Source: an uncultured Arcobacter sp.
Lineage (GTDB): Bacteria; Campylobacterota; Campylobacteria; Campylobacterales; Arcobacteraceae
NCBI GenBank assembly: GCA_965140705.1
Contig: OZ223301.1
Location: 274,490 to 338,489 of the forward strand
Reading direction: 5' to 3'
Length of the DNA: 64,000 bases
Shown piece after piece: positions 10,302 to 20,856 of the stretch. Every line of letters starts with the position of its first letter. Positions within the stretch are counted from its first letter, which is position 1. The position numbers and the translations under genes are program-made. The notes below the pieces were generated by a model. The model did not search any database. It saw only the letters and a program-made list of their open reading frames with translations, and was not told the origin of the DNA.

Positions 10302-11166
10302 AAAATTATCTATTTATTATAAATTAAATAATGTACTTATTGAAAAACTTCTAAAAGATGAAAATGTAAGTTTATATAAAAAACAATCTATTTTCCAAAA
10401 GCTTGCTTTCAAGGCTAAAATTTATCCCGATGTCTATTTTCATAATGGTCCTTTAGATGAAGAAGCTATTGAGATGATTGAAAATGCCAAAAAAACGATA
10501 GCTAACTCTTATACTATGAAAATAGAGATAATAAAAACTTGCAAGATTACAAATGATAAAGTAGAGGTTATTTATCCAACTATTACATCCACTTATCTTA
10601 AGCCAAAAGATTCGAAAGAGATTCTTTCTCAAGAGTTTGAGTTTGATAAAAAGAATAAAATTATTCTTTTTCATTCTAAAAATCTTTTGAAAAATGGTGT
10701 TTTAGAATTCCTTGATATTTTGGCTTCTTTAAGTAGTGATAATTATACAGCAATAATTGCAGGGAGCAAAAATCAAATTTATTCATTGAAGTTTAAATTT
10801 ACAAAGTACAATTTAGATGATAAAGTTATATTTATAGAAGATTATAAAAATATTGATTTGTTATATAGTGCTGCTGATATTTTTATTTTACCAACTTATG
10901 TAAAAGCCTTTTCATCAAATGTTTTAAAAGCTATGTTTTTTAAAACAGCTGTTTTTGTAAGTGCAAATAGTGCCTCAAAAGAGGTTATTGATATATTTTC
11001 AACTATGGATTCTCCAAGGGATAGATCAATGCAGTTTAAAGTTGAAGCTTTATTGTTAAATAAAGATGAACTAAAGGGGATCAAAAAAGCCAATAAAGAG
11101 AGTTCTTCTGAGTTCTTATTTGACGTTCAATTTCGAAGATTAAAAGAGATAGTTTTCAATATTTAA
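10294..11166 (+). CDS. Degenerate GT4-like glycosyltransferase
   Basis: C-terminal GT-B half (LYSAADIFILPT) is recognisable, but the E-x7-E motif reads K-x7-K. Confidence 0.7.
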   Translation: MNKKLSIYYKLNNVLIEKLLKDENVSLYKKQSIFQKLAFKAKIYPDVYFHNGPLDEEAIEMIENAKKTIANSYTMKIEIIKTCKITNDKVEVIYPTITSTYLKPKDSKEILSQEFEFDKKNKIILFHSKNLLKNGVLEFLDILASLSSDNYTAIIAGSKNQIYSLKFKFTKYNLDDKVIFIEDYKNIDLLYSAADIFILPTYVKAFSSNVLKAMFFKTAVFVSANSASKEVIDIFSTMDSPRDRSMQFKVEALLLNKDELKGIKKANKESSSEFLFDVQFRRLKEIVFNI

Positions 11167-11226
11167 ATTAAACTTAAGATAAAAAAGATATAATTCGCAG
11201 ATATTTTGAAAATAGAAGGAAAAATA

Positions 11227-11415
11227 ATGTCAAGAAGATGTGCAATATCTGGAAAAGGACCTATGTCTGGAAACAACGTAAGTCATGCAAAAAACAGAAC
11301 AAAAAGAAGATTTTTACCTAACTTAAGAACTGTAAGAGTTACTTTAGATGATGGTACTACTCAAAAGATTAAAATATCGGCAAAAGAGCTAAGAACTCTT
11401 AAGAAAAACTCATAA
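11227..11415 (+). CDS. rpmB: 50S ribosomal protein L28
   Basis: [36 protein letters not shown] at 11227 after GAAGGA. Confidence 0.97.
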   Translation: MSRRCAISGKGPMSGNNVSHAKNRTKRRFLPNLRTVRVTLDDGTTQKIKISAKELRTLKKNS

Positions 11416-11441
11416 TAGAGGCACTATAATAAAGTGCTTCT

Positions 11442-12572
11442 ATGAGCATCTTTCATAAATTAAAGAAGTCCCTTGGCTGGGAACTTAGATCTTCTAAACC
11501 TGAATACGATCTCAACCCCCTAATATATTCACAACTAAAACCTTTTAGAGTACCATTAGTACTTGTACAACTATTAATGATGGTTGGAACAATTGGATAT
11601 GTTCTAATTGATGGTTTTCCTATTTTAGATGCTATTTATCAAACTGGTATTACATTTACTACAGTTGGTTTTGGAGAAGTTGCTCCTATTTCAGATGCAG
11701 GTAGATTTTTCACCGTTACACTTATTATTATTGGGTTCGCCCTTTTTACACTTTCTATTGCTGTACTTATTGAGTCAATTGTAAAGGGTAATCTTATTGA
11801 ATTATATAAGGAAAGAAACATGCTTTATAAAATTGCAAGACTTCGTAGACATTTTGTAATATTTCACCACAATGAATATACAATTCAATTAGCAAGACAA
11901 TTTAGAGAAAATCATGTACCTTTTGTAGTTGTTGATCCACGAGAAGATATGGAAGAGATAGCAAAAGAGTATCACTATCCATATTTTGTATGTGAAGAAT
12001 CATTTACTGAAAAAGCATTTTTAAAATCTCATTTGTCGTCTGCAAAAGGTGTTATAACTTTGTCAAGAAATATTTCTGACAATATTACTTTGATTGCTTC
12101 TGTAAGACTTTATGAAAAAGAGTTAGGACGAAATAAACCATTTTTAATTATCTCAAATGCTGAGACACAACACGATAAAGAGAGACTTAAAAAACTAGGG
12201 GCTGATAAAGTTGTTGCTTCTCCATCTTTGATGGCAAAAAGAGTTTCAGCAATGGCTGTGCGTCCTGATATGGAAAATGTGCTTGAAGAGTTTTTATATA
12301 AACCTGATACTCCAATTGATATGGAAGAGGTACTTGTAAAAGAAGATTCTTGGTTAGTATCTAGACAATTAAAAGATATTCATCTAAGGGATAGATATAA
12401 AGTTTCTGTAATAGGAATTACAGAAAAAAGAGGAAGATTTATTCAAATGCCTAAGGGAACTATTATTATAGAAGGTAATTGTAAATTACTTTTAGTAGGG
12501 AATCAAAAAGGTATAGCAAAAGCTAAAATATTAGTCAATCAAAAATATATGCCAGAGGAGTGTACAAAATAA
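11442..12572 (+). CDS. Potassium channel with TrkA-N/TrkA-C (RCK) domains
   Basis: Two TM helices around the TTVGFG selectivity filter, followed by RCK domains (LKKLGADKVV). Confidence 0.9.
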   Translation: MSIFHKLKKSLGWELRSSKPEYDLNPLIYSQLKPFRVPLVLVQLLMMVGTIGYVLIDGFPILDAIYQTGITFTTVGFGEVAPISDAGRFFTVTLIIIGFALFTLSIAVLIESIVKGNLIELYKERNMLYKIARLRRHFVIFHHNEYTIQLARQFRENHVPFVVVDPREDMEEIAKEYHYPYFVCEESFTEKAFLKSHLSSAKGVITLSRNISDNITLIASVRLYEKELGRNKPFLIISNAETQHDKERLKKLGADKVVASPSLMAKRVSAMAVRPDMENVLEEFLYKPDTPIDMEEVLVKEDSWLVSRQLKDIHLRDRYKVSVIGITEKRGRFIQMPKGTIIIEGNCKLLLVGNQKGIAKAKILVNQKYMPEECTK

Positions 12573-13753
12573 TGTTTTCAATTTTTCCAATAAAAGGTTT
12601 TATAGACCAAATCGATGGTTTTTATTGTGATGGAGTTTCAGCTGGATTAAAACCAAACAACAAAAAAGATATTGGTTTTATTTATAGTGATACTTTATGT
12701 AATGTTGGAGCTATTCTTACTAACAATAAATTTCAAGCTGCACCTTTAAGACATTATAAAAGATATGAAGATGATTTTAAAACAAATTTTGTACTTATAA
12801 ATTCAAAAAATGCAAATGCACTTACGGGTGAAAAAGGTATTGAAGATATTAATACAATATTTTCTTCATTAAAATTTGATATTACAAACCCTATTATGAG
12901 TTCAACGGGAGTTATTGGAAATAGACTTCCTATACAAAAAATAGTTGCTGGTGCAAATACTTTTGATTTATCAAGTAAAAATGGTGAAAATCTTAGTCAG
13001 GCAATTATGACAACAGATGCATATCCAAAAACTTGTTTATATGAAGTAAAACTTGAAGATGGAAGTAGTTTTAAAATAGGTGCCGTTGCAAAAGGTGCAG
13101 GTATGATTAATCCTAATCTTGCAACTATGTTATGTTTTGTTTGTACAGATGCAAAAGTTTCAAAAAAAGATATTGAAGAGGCATTAAATGAAAATAAAGA
13201 GACAACTTTTGATGCAATTTCAGTTGATGGAGATACTTCTACAAATGATACAGTTTTAGTATTAGCAAATGGAAAATCAAATGCTTATGATAAAGAGGCA
13301 TTTAAAGAGGCTTTAAAACTTGTAATGCATGATATGGCTATGTTAATGGTTGCAGATGGAGAAGGTGCTAAAAAAGCTGTTGCTTTTGAAGTAATAAACG
13401 CAGTAACAAAAGAAGATGCAATGAAAGCTGCAAAAGCTTTATCAAACTCACTACTTGTAAAAACAGCACTATTTGGAGAAGATCCAAACTTTGGACGAAT
13501 TGCCTCAACAATAGGAGCTAGTAGAATAGAGTGTGATGAAAATACTTTACTTATATCTTATAATGATGTTGTTGTATTTAATAAAGGTGAAATAGTATTT
13601 GATGCAAAATGTGAAGAAGAAGCTGGAAAAGTTTTACAAAATAAAGAGTTTAAAATTATTTGTGATATAGGACTTGGAAATGAAAGCTTTACAGCTTATG
13701 GTTGTGATTTAGGCCATGAGTATGTAAAAATAAATGCGGACTATAGATCATAA
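12572..13753 (+). CDS. argJ: Bifunctional ornithine acetyltransferase/N-acetylglutamate synthase
   Basis: KGAGMINPNLATML (autoprocessing Thr), DGDTSTNDT, DGEGA, C-terminal INADYRS. ATG overlaps the upstream stop. Confidence 0.96.
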   Translation: MFSIFPIKGFIDQIDGFYCDGVSAGLKPNNKKDIGFIYSDTLCNVGAILTNNKFQAAPLRHYKRYEDDFKTNFVLINSKNANALTGEKGIEDINTIFSSLKFDITNPIMSSTGVIGNRLPIQKIVAGANTFDLSSKNGENLSQAIMTTDAYPKTCLYEVKLEDGSSFKIGAVAKGAGMINPNLATMLCFVCTDAKVSKKDIEEALNENKETTFDAISVDGDTSTNDTVLVLANGKSNAYDKEAFKEALKLVMHDMAMLMVADGEGAKKAVAFEVINAVTKEDAMKAAKALSNSLLVKTALFGEDPNFGRIASTIGASRIECDENTLLISYNDVVVFNKGEIVFDAKCEEEAGKVLQNKEFKIICDIGLGNESFTAYGCDLGHEYVKINADYRS

Positions 13754-13763
13754 TAAACTATTT

Positions 13764-13790
13764 CAAAAGTGACATCTAGTCACTTTTGTA
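13764..13790 (+). terminator. Rho-independent terminator after argJ
   Basis: CAAAAGTGAC-atcta-GTCACTTTTG perfect 10-bp stem. Confidence 0.75.
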
Positions 13791-13920
13791 TATACAAAAA
13801 TACAAAATATAAATCCTAATTCTTATATTTAAATATAAAAAATAAATGTAAATGATAATACATAGAAGTCTAAGAATTTACCTGATATAATCTACCTACA
13901 ATTCAACAAAAGGATTTAAA

Positions 13921-14142
13921 ATGTTTCATGAATACAGAGAAGAAATAACAAAATTAAAAGCAAGTGATAACTATTTTCACAATCTATTTGAGAAGCATAA
14001 TGCTTTAGATGAAGAGATTGAAAGTCTAGTAAAATCTCATGGGGATGAGTTTACAATAGAGGCAAAGAAAAAAGAGAAATTGAAACTGAAAGACGAAGTT
14101 TTTAATGCTATTATTAAATACAGAAAAGAAAATAATTTATAA
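13921..14142 (+). CDS. YdcH/DUF465 family small protein
   Basis: MFHEYREEITKLK...FEKHNALD...KKKEKLKLKDE pattern. AAGGA RBS. Confidence 0.85.
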   Translation: MFHEYREEITKLKASDNYFHNLFEKHNALDEEIESLVKSHGDEFTIEAKKKEKLKLKDEVFNAIIKYRKENNL

Positions 14143-14162
14143 AAGTTAGCTTAAATTTTTAC

Positions 14163-14195
14163 AAGGGGGAAAGTTTTAAGCTTTCCCCCTTTTTT
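14163..14195 (+). terminator. Rho-independent terminator
   Basis: AAGGGGGAAAG...CTTTCCCCCTT stem followed by a T run. Confidence 0.85.
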
Positions 14196-14256
14196 ATTCA
14201 CAAATACTAAGTAAGATTTGGATAAAATATCTAAATTTTATAACAAGGCAATATCA

Positions 14257-16830
14257 ATGGAAAACCTTTTTGAAAATCAAGATATTATAGATATAAATAT
14301 CGAAGATTCCGTAAAGTCTTCATACTTAGACTACTCGATGAGTGTAATTATTGGTCGAGCTTTACCAGATGCTAAAGATGGATTGAAGCCAGTACACAGA
14401 AGAATACTATTTGCAATGCATGATTTAAATATGAGCGCACGAGCTCCTTATAAAAAATCAGCGAGAATCGTAGGGGATGTTATTGGTAAGTACCATCCAC
14501 ATGGTGATACTTCAGTTTATGATGCACTTGTAAGAATGGCACAAAGTTTCTCTATGAGAGAACCACTTATTGATGGACAAGGGAACTTCGGTTCAGTAGA
14601 TGGTGATAGTGCAGCAGCGATGAGATATACAGAATCAAGATTTACTAAAATCTCAGAAGATATTTTAAAAGATATAGATAAAGATACAGTTAACTTTACA
14701 GCAAACTATGATGATACTTTAAAAGAGCCATCAGTTTTACCTACAAGAGTTCCTACACTACTTATGAATGGTTCTGAGGGGATTGCAGTTGGTATGGCTA
14801 CAAAGATTCCTCCTCATAATTTAAATGAGTTGCTTGATGCAACAATGCATATTCTTGATAACCCAGAAGCAACGGCTGATGAATTAATGGAATTTATTCA
14901 AGGTCCAGATTTCCCAACAGGTGGAACTATCTTTGGAAGAAGAGGTATTATAGATGCATATAATACAGGACGTGGAAGAGTTAGAATTAGAGCTAAACAC
15001 CATATTGAAACAAGAGGTAAGAAAGAGATTATTGTACTTGATGAATTGCCTTATCAAGTAAATAAAGCAAGACTTATCGAACTTATTGCAAATCTTACAA
15101 AAGATAAACAAATAGAGGGTATCTCAGAAGTAAGAGATGAATCAGATAGAGATGGTATTAGAGTTGTAATTGAACTTAAAAAAGATGCCATGAGTGAAAT
15201 AGTTATGAATAACTTATATAAGTCAACTCCAATGGAGACAACTTTTGGGATTATTCTTTTAGCTGTACATAATAAAGAGCCAAAGATATTTAATCTACCT
15301 GAGTTATTAAATGTATTTATTTCACATAGAAAAACTGTAATTATTAGAAGAACAATATTTGATTTAGAAAAAGCAAAAGCAAGAGCTCATATCTTAGAAG
15401 GTTTAAAAATTGCCCTTGATAATATTGATGAAGTAGTAAAAATCATCAGAGCAAGTGCAAATGATGCTGATGCAAAAGAGAAATTAGAATTAAGATTTGG
15501 ATTAAGTCCAATCCAATCACAAGCTATTTTAGATATGAGATTAGGAAGATTAACAGGTCTTCAAAGGGATAAATTAGAAGCTGAGTATCAAGAACTTATG
15601 GCTTTAATTGCAGAACTTGAATCAATTCTAAAATCAGAAGAAAAATTAGTTGAAATCATAAAAGAAGAATTAAGTGAAATTAGAGAAAAATATTCATCTA
15701 AAAGATTAACTGATATTGAAGATTCTTATGATGAAATTGATATTGAAGACTTAATTCCAAATGAGCCAATGGTAGTTACTATTACTCATAATGGTTATGT
15801 AAAAAGAGTACCAATTAAATCATATGAAAAACAAAGAAGAGGTGGTAAAGGTAAAGTTGCAGTTACTACACATGATGATGACTTTATAGAAAGATTCTTT
15901 GTAACTAATACCCATGATACCTTAATGTTTGTTACAAATATGGGGCAATTATACTGGTTGAAAGTTTATAGAATCCCAGAAGGAAGTAGAACAGCTAAAG
16001 GTAAAGCGGTTGTAAATCTTATTAATTTAAGACCTGATGAGAAGATTATGGAAATTATTCCAACATCTGATTTTGATGAATCTAAATCTTTAGCTTTCTT
16101 TACTAGAAATGGTGTTGTAAAAAGAACATCATTATCAGAATTTAGTAATATAAGAAGTAATGGTGTAAGAGCAATTGTTCTTGATGATGCTGATGAAATT
16201 GTAACAGCTAAAATTACAACTCCTAGTACTCAATACTTGATGATTTTCACAAGTTTAGGTCAATGTATTAGATTTGATGTTGAAAAAACAAGAGAACAAG
16301 GTAGAAGTACAAGAGGGGTAAGAGGTATCAAGTTTAAACATGATAGTGATTTTGTAGTTGATGCAAATGTTGTTGATAATATCGAGCAAGAGTTATTAAC
16401 AGTATCTGAAAAAGGTATCGGAAAAAGAACTACAGTAGAAGAATATAGAGAGACAAATAGAGCAGGTTCTGGTGTTATTTCTATGAAACTAAGCGCTAAA
16501 ACAGGAAATGTTGTAGGTGCTGTATTAGTTGATGAAGCACAAGACTTGATGATTTTAACTTCTATTGGTAAAATGATTAGAGTGGATATGCAAACAATTA
16601 GAAAAGCTGGAAGAAATACATCTGGTGTAATTATTGTAAATGTTGATGCAAAAGATAAAGTTGTTTCAATAGCAAAATGTCCTAAAGAAGACGATGATGA
16701 ATTAGATATCGAAAATGCTGATACTATGGATGGTATCAATTTAGATGAGTTTAATCTAAAAGATAAACCTGAAGAAGGAAATAACGATACTAATAATAAA
16801 GATGAAGATAATATATTAGGAGAAGATTAG
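14257..16830 (+). CDS. gyrA: DNA gyrase subunit A
   Basis: YHPHGDT, AAMRYTE active-site Tyr, GyrA-box QRRGGKG, acidic tail. ATG at 14257 puts the QRDR Thr at position 85. Confidence 0.98.
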   Translation: MENLFENQDIIDINIEDSVKSSYLDYSMSVIIGRALPDAKDGLKPVHRRILFAMHDLNMSARAPYKKSARIVGDVIGKYHPHGDTSVYDALVRMAQSFSMREPLIDGQGNFGSVDGDSAAAMRYTESRFTKISEDILKDIDKDTVNFTANYDDTLKEPSVLPTRVPTLLMNGSEGIAVGMATKIPPHNLNELLDATMHILDNPEATADELMEFIQGPDFPTGGTIFGRRGIIDAYNTGRGRVRIRAKHHIETRGKKEIIVLDELPYQVNKARLIELIANLTKDKQIEGISEVRDESDRDGIRVVIELKKDAMSEIVMNNLYKSTPMETTFGIILLAVHNKEPKIFNLPELLNVFISHRKTVIIRRTIFDLEKAKARAHILEGLKIALDNIDEVVKIIRASANDADAKEKLELRFGLSPIQSQAILDMRLGRLTGLQRDKLEAEYQELMALIAELESILKSEEKLVEIIKEELSEIREKYSSKRLTDIEDSYDEIDIEDLIPNEPMVVTITHNGYVKRVPIKSYEKQRRGGKGKVAVTTHDDDFIERFFVTNTHDTLMFVTNMGQLYWLKVYRIPEGSRTAKGKAVVNLINLRPDEKIMEIIPTSDFDESKSLAFFTRNGVVKRTSLSEFSNIRSNGVRAIVLDDADEIVTAKITTPSTQYLMIFTSLGQCIRFDVEKTREQGRSTRGVRGIKFKHDSDFVVDANVVDNIEQELLTVSEKGIGKRTTVEEYRETNRAGSGVISMKLSAKTGNVVGAVLVDEAQDLMILTSIGKMIRVDMQTIRKAGRNTSGVIIVNVDAKDKVVSIAKCPKEDDDELDIENADTMDGINLDEFNLKDKPEEGNNDTNNKDEDNILGED

Positions 16831-16832
16831 AA

Positions 16833-17870
16833 ATGAGAAAATTTAATGTAGCAGTAGTTGGTGCTACTGGTGCAGTTGGTGAAGAACTGTTTAGAGTTAT
16901 GGAAGCATATGACTTCCCTGTTAATAAAATCGTTCCCTTAGCAAGTGCAAGAAGTTTAGGTAGTACTATTGAATATAAAAACAAAGAGATAAAAGTTTTA
17001 GAGTTAACTGAAACTTGTTTTGAAGAAAATGAAGTAGATATTGCATTTTTTAGTGCAGGTGGTTCTATATCTGAAAAATTTGCAAAATATGCTGTTGAAG
17101 CAGGGGCTGTAGTTATTGATAATACAAGCCATTTTAGAATGGATGAAAATGTACCTTTAGTAGTACCAGAAGTAAATCCACAAGATATAGCTTTATGGAA
17201 AGAGACTGGAATTATTGCAAATCCAAATTGTTCTACTATTCAAATGGTATTGTCTTTAAAACCACTTGATGAACTTTATGGAATAAAAAGAGTTGATGTA
17301 TCTACTTATCAAGCTGTTTCTGGAGCTGGTAAAAAAGGTATGGAAGAACTTATAAAACAAATGCAAGATATGCTAACTTTCAAATTAGATGATACAAAAA
17401 TTGAAGCTTTTGCACATAGAATTGTAAATAATGTTATTCCTCAAATAGATGTAGCTCAAGCTAATGGTTTCACTAAAGAAGAGATGAAGATGGTAAAAGA
17501 GACTCAGAAAATCATGCACAAAAGTATGCAAATAGCTGCTACTTGTGTGAGAGTACCTGTTTTAAGAAGTCACTCAGAGTCTATTACTGTTACATTTGAA
17601 GATGGTGTAGATGTTGATGTAAATGTAGTAAGAGAAGCTTTAGCAAAATTTGAGAATGTAGAAGTAATAGATGATCTTGAAAACAATGCATATCCTATGC
17701 CAATTGTTTCAACAGATACTGATACTACATTTGTAGGAAGAATTAGAAAAGATATTTATTCTTCTAATGTTGTTCATTATTTTAATGTAGCTGACCAAGT
17801 AAGAGTAGGGGCTGCAACAAACTCAGTTCGAATCGCTCTTAAATGGATAGAAGTGGAAAACGAGATTTAA
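16833..17870 (+). CDS. asd: Aspartate-semialdehyde dehydrogenase
   Basis: VGATGAVG, ANPNCSTIQM, STYQAVSGAG, CVRVPVLRSHSE. Confidence 0.97.
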   Translation: MRKFNVAVVGATGAVGEELFRVMEAYDFPVNKIVPLASARSLGSTIEYKNKEIKVLELTETCFEENEVDIAFFSAGGSISEKFAKYAVEAGAVVIDNTSHFRMDENVPLVVPEVNPQDIALWKETGIIANPNCSTIQMVLSLKPLDELYGIKRVDVSTYQAVSGAGKKGMEELIKQMQDMLTFKLDDTKIEAFAHRIVNNVIPQIDVAQANGFTKEEMKMVKETQKIMHKSMQIAATCVRVPVLRSHSESITVTFEDGVDVDVNVVREALAKFENVEVIDDLENNAYPMPIVSTDTDTTFVGRIRKDIYSSNVVHYFNVADQVRVGAATNSVRIALKWIEVENEI

Positions 17871-18382
17871 TGATTGAAAAGCTTTTTGAAGCTTGCATGT
17901 GGAAGACAAGATTTCTTGTCCTCTCTGCAGTTATCTTTGGATTAATCGGAGCATTAGTTCTTTTTGTAATTGCTAGTATGGATATATATGCTATGGCAGA
18001 ATATGCTTTTAAAACTATAATTAATCATGCTCATCCTCAAGATTTTCATGAAGATATTGTAGGTGGTATTATAGGAGCAGTTGATTTATATCTTATTGCT
18101 GTTGTTATGTTAATATTTTCATTTGGAGTATATGAACTTTTTATCTCTCCAATTGATCATTCAGAAGATGCAAAAGAAGATTCAAAGATTCTATCAATCA
18201 CAACATTAGACCAACTAAAAGATAAAATAGCAAAAGTTATTGTTATGGTTTTAGTTGTTAATTTCTTCCAAAGAGTTTTACATACTCAATACAATGGCGC
18301 ACTAGAAATGTTATATTTCGCCCTTGCTGTTACTGCACTAGCAGTTGGACTTTTCTTTCTAGGAAAAGTTGGAAAACATTAA
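17870..18382 (+). CDS. YqhA/UPF0114 family membrane protein
   Basis: Four hydrophobic segments, VDLYLIAVVMLIFSFGVYELFIS and LDQLKDKIAKVI. ATG at 17870 is coupled to the asd stop. Confidence 0.85.
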   Translation: MIEKLFEACMWKTRFLVLSAVIFGLIGALVLFVIASMDIYAMAEYAFKTIINHAHPQDFHEDIVGGIIGAVDLYLIAVVMLIFSFGVYELFISPIDHSEDAKEDSKILSITTLDQLKDKIAKVIVMVLVVNFFQRVLHTQYNGALEMLYFALAVTALAVGLFFLGKVGKH

Positions 18383-18404
18383 GAATACTAAAGGAAAATT
18401 ATAG

Positions 18405-19436
18405 ATGTCAAAAATATTTGTAGACGCATGTTTTAGAAAACCAACTCCTTATACTCCTGTATGGATGATGAGACAAGCAGGTAGATATTTACCTGAGTAT
18501 ATGAAAGTAAGAGCACAAGCTGGAAACTTTTTAAATCTGTGCCACAATCCAAAACTAGCAGCTGAAGTTACTATCCAGCCACTTGATATAGTTGGTGTTG
18601 ATGCAGCTATTTTATTTAGTGATATTTTAGTTATTCCAAATGAAATGGGTATGCACTTAGAGTTTATCAAAGGTGAAGGTCCAATCTTCAAAGACCCAAT
18701 TAAAACAGAAGCTGAGGTTGATGCTTTACTTGGTGGAAGTGAAGCTGCTGATAAATTAACTTATGTATATGAAACTATCAAGTTATTAAAACAACAACTA
18801 CCAGAAGATAAAGCTCTTATAGGTTTTACTGGTGCTTCTTGGACCTTAGCAACTTATATGATAGAAGGACAAGGTACAAAGACATATAATATCTGTAAAA
18901 AGATGATGTACTCAAATCCAGAACTTCTACATAAGATTTTGAAAAAAGTAACTGAAGTAGTAAAGCTATATATGGAAAATCAAATAAAAGCAGGTGCAGA
19001 TGTTGTTCAAATCTTTGATTCATGGGCAGCAGCAATAGAACCAGCAAAATATGATGAATTTTCTTGGAAATATATGGTAGAGATAGCTGATTATTTAAAA
19101 GAGAAATATCCACATATTCCTATTATCATGTTCCCTAAAGGTGTTCCAGCATTTTTAGATAAAGTATATGGAAACTTTGATGTATTTGGTGTAGATTGGG
19201 GAACTCCAATGGCACTAGCTAAAGAAAAACTTGGGGATAAATATGTTTTACAAGGTAATATGGAACCTTGTAGATTGTATTCAAAAGAAGCTACAACTAT
19301 GTGTGTTGAAGCAATTCAAGACATCATGCAAGGTGATGGACATATTTTTAACTTAGGTCATGGTATTTTGCCAGATGTTCCAGTTGAAAATGCTATTCAC
19401 TTTGTAAAAGAGTGCCAAAGAGTTAGTAAAAAATAG
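18405..19436 (+). CDS. hemE: Uroporphyrinogen decarboxylase
   Basis: [32 protein letters not shown]. Confidence 0.97.
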   Translation: MSKIFVDACFRKPTPYTPVWMMRQAGRYLPEYMKVRAQAGNFLNLCHNPKLAAEVTIQPLDIVGVDAAILFSDILVIPNEMGMHLEFIKGEGPIFKDPIKTEAEVDALLGGSEAADKLTYVYETIKLLKQQLPEDKALIGFTGASWTLATYMIEGQGTKTYNICKKMMYSNPELLHKILKKVTEVVKLYMENQIKAGADVVQIFDSWAAAIEPAKYDEFSWKYMVEIADYLKEKYPHIPIIMFPKGVPAFLDKVYGNFDVFGVDWGTPMALAKEKLGDKYVLQGNMEPCRLYSKEATTMCVEAIQDIMQGDGHIFNLGHGILPDVPVENAIHFVKECQRVSKK

Positions 19437-20344
19437 TGTCTAATATAATCTTTGGTCCTATTCCCTCAAGAAGATTTGGTATCTCTTTGGGAGTAGATTT
19501 ATCCCCTGACACAAAACAGTGTAATTTTGACTGCTTATACTGTGAATTAAAGCCTGCAAAAACAGTTGATAAGATGGATTCATACCCAAGTGTAGATGAA
19601 GTCTTAGAGGCTATTAAAGATTCTTATGAGAAGCATCCCAAAATTGATGTTATAACAATCACTGCAAATGGAGAGCCAACACTCTATCCTAAACTTGATG
19701 AACTAATTACAAAAATAGATGAAATCAAAAATGATACTAAGACATTGATATTATCAAATGGTGGTACTATATATGATAAAAAGATTTTTGATGCTTTATT
19801 GAAATTTGATACAGTGAAATTATCACTTGATTGTGTAAGTCAAAAGTGTTTTAAAAAACTAGATAGAATTCACAATAATATCGATATAGAAAAAATAATC
19901 GAGTCAATGATAGAGTTTAGAAAAAAGACAAACAAAAGCTTTGTACTAGAGATACTTTTTGTAAAAAATCTAAATGATAAAGACGAAGAGATAGAACTGT
20001 TATATGAAGCTGTTAAAAAGATAAATCCTCATAGAGTTGATATTGGTACTATTGATAGACCACCAGCTTATGAAGTCAAACCAGTAAGCTTTGAGACACT
20101 AGAAAGTATAGCAAAAAGATTTGAAAATATAAACGTAAATATTGCATATAAAAATAGACCAAAACAGATAAACTCATATAGTAGTGAAGAGATATTATCT
20201 ATGCTAGAGAGACGACCTTTGACCTTAGAAGATATTAATAATATGTTTGATGAAAATAGTAAAAAAGAGCTAGAAAAGCTAGTAGAAATGGCAAAAATTT
20301 CATTAGTAGATAGTGCAGGCTTAAATTTCTATAAAATTTGCTAA
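19436..20344 (+). CDS. Radical SAM protein of unknown function
   Basis: FGPIPSRRFGISLG, CNFDCLYC (CxxxCxxC), NGEPTLY. Confidence 0.9.
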   Translation: MSNIIFGPIPSRRFGISLGVDLSPDTKQCNFDCLYCELKPAKTVDKMDSYPSVDEVLEAIKDSYEKHPKIDVITITANGEPTLYPKLDELITKIDEIKNDTKTLILSNGGTIYDKKIFDALLKFDTVKLSLDCVSQKCFKKLDRIHNNIDIEKIIESMIEFRKKTNKSFVLEILFVKNLNDKDEEIELLYEAVKKINPHRVDIGTIDRPPAYEVKPVSFETLESIAKRFENINVNIAYKNRPKQINSYSSEEILSMLERRPLTLEDINNMFDENSKKELEKLVEMAKISLVDSAGLNFYKIC

Positions 20345-20360
20345 TTTTTATAAAAATCAC

Positions 20361-20389
20361 TTGACAATAAAAACAAATTTTACTATACT
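20361..20389 (+). promoter_or_regulatory. Sigma70 promoter of the tRNA-Asn pair
   Basis: TTGACA (20361-66), 17-bp spacer, TATACT (20384-89). Confidence 0.85.
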
Positions 20390-20416
20390 TCCACTCCATT
20401 TAAAGAGAAGAAAGAT

Positions 20417-20491
20417 TCCGGCATAGCTCAGCGGTAGAGTAGATGACTGTTAATCATTTGGTCCCTGGTTCGAACCCAGGTGCCGGAGCCA
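20417..20491 (+). tRNA. tRNA-Asn (GTT)
   Basis: Acceptor stem TCCGGCA/TGCCGGA, D-arm AGCTCAGCGGTAGAG, anticodon loop CTGTTAA, GGTTCGAACCC, encoded CCA. Confidence 0.97.
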
Positions 20492-20524
20492 TCAAACTTC
20501 TTTTTAAATACCTTTTATACAAGT

Positions 20525-20599
20525 TCCGGCATAGCTCAGCGGTAGAGTAGATGACTGTTAATCATTTGGTCCCTGGTTCGAACCCAGGTGCCGGAGCCA
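20525..20599 (+). tRNA. tRNA-Asn (GTT), identical second copy
   Basis: Same 75-nt sequence as 20417-20491, after a 33-nt spacer. Confidence 0.97.
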
Positions 20600-20856
20600 C
20601 TATCCTTTTACTTCGAAAAGAAATCAATTTATTAAACAATCTTTTAAAATATTTCAGCGTTAAATCAATTTTTTGATTTACTCATTACCGTGATGGTAAC
20701 TCCTAAACCAAAAAATTAATTTGCCTCGAACTCTTTTAAAATCTTATTCACTAAATTGATTTGTGTTTTAGTATATTTTTTATTTGCATGTTGATGAAAT
20801 TATCAAGTTAAATTATGTGATATAATTAATTGACAATTTTTTATTAAAGGATTTTA

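Noticed and set aside
14497..14520. gyrA quinolone-resistance region
   Set aside because: Reads HGDTSVYD with Thr85, the susceptible-type residue; no resistance allele.
20417..20599. Duplicated 75-bp sequence as a possible attL/attR pair or CRISPR repeat
   Set aside because: Both copies are complete tRNA-Asn genes 33 nt apart under one promoter; an ordinary tandem tRNA pair.
20791..20806. TTGAT-N6-ATCAA upstream of the SIR2 gene as an FNR box
   Set aside because: FNR sites have a 4-nt spacer; this has 6.
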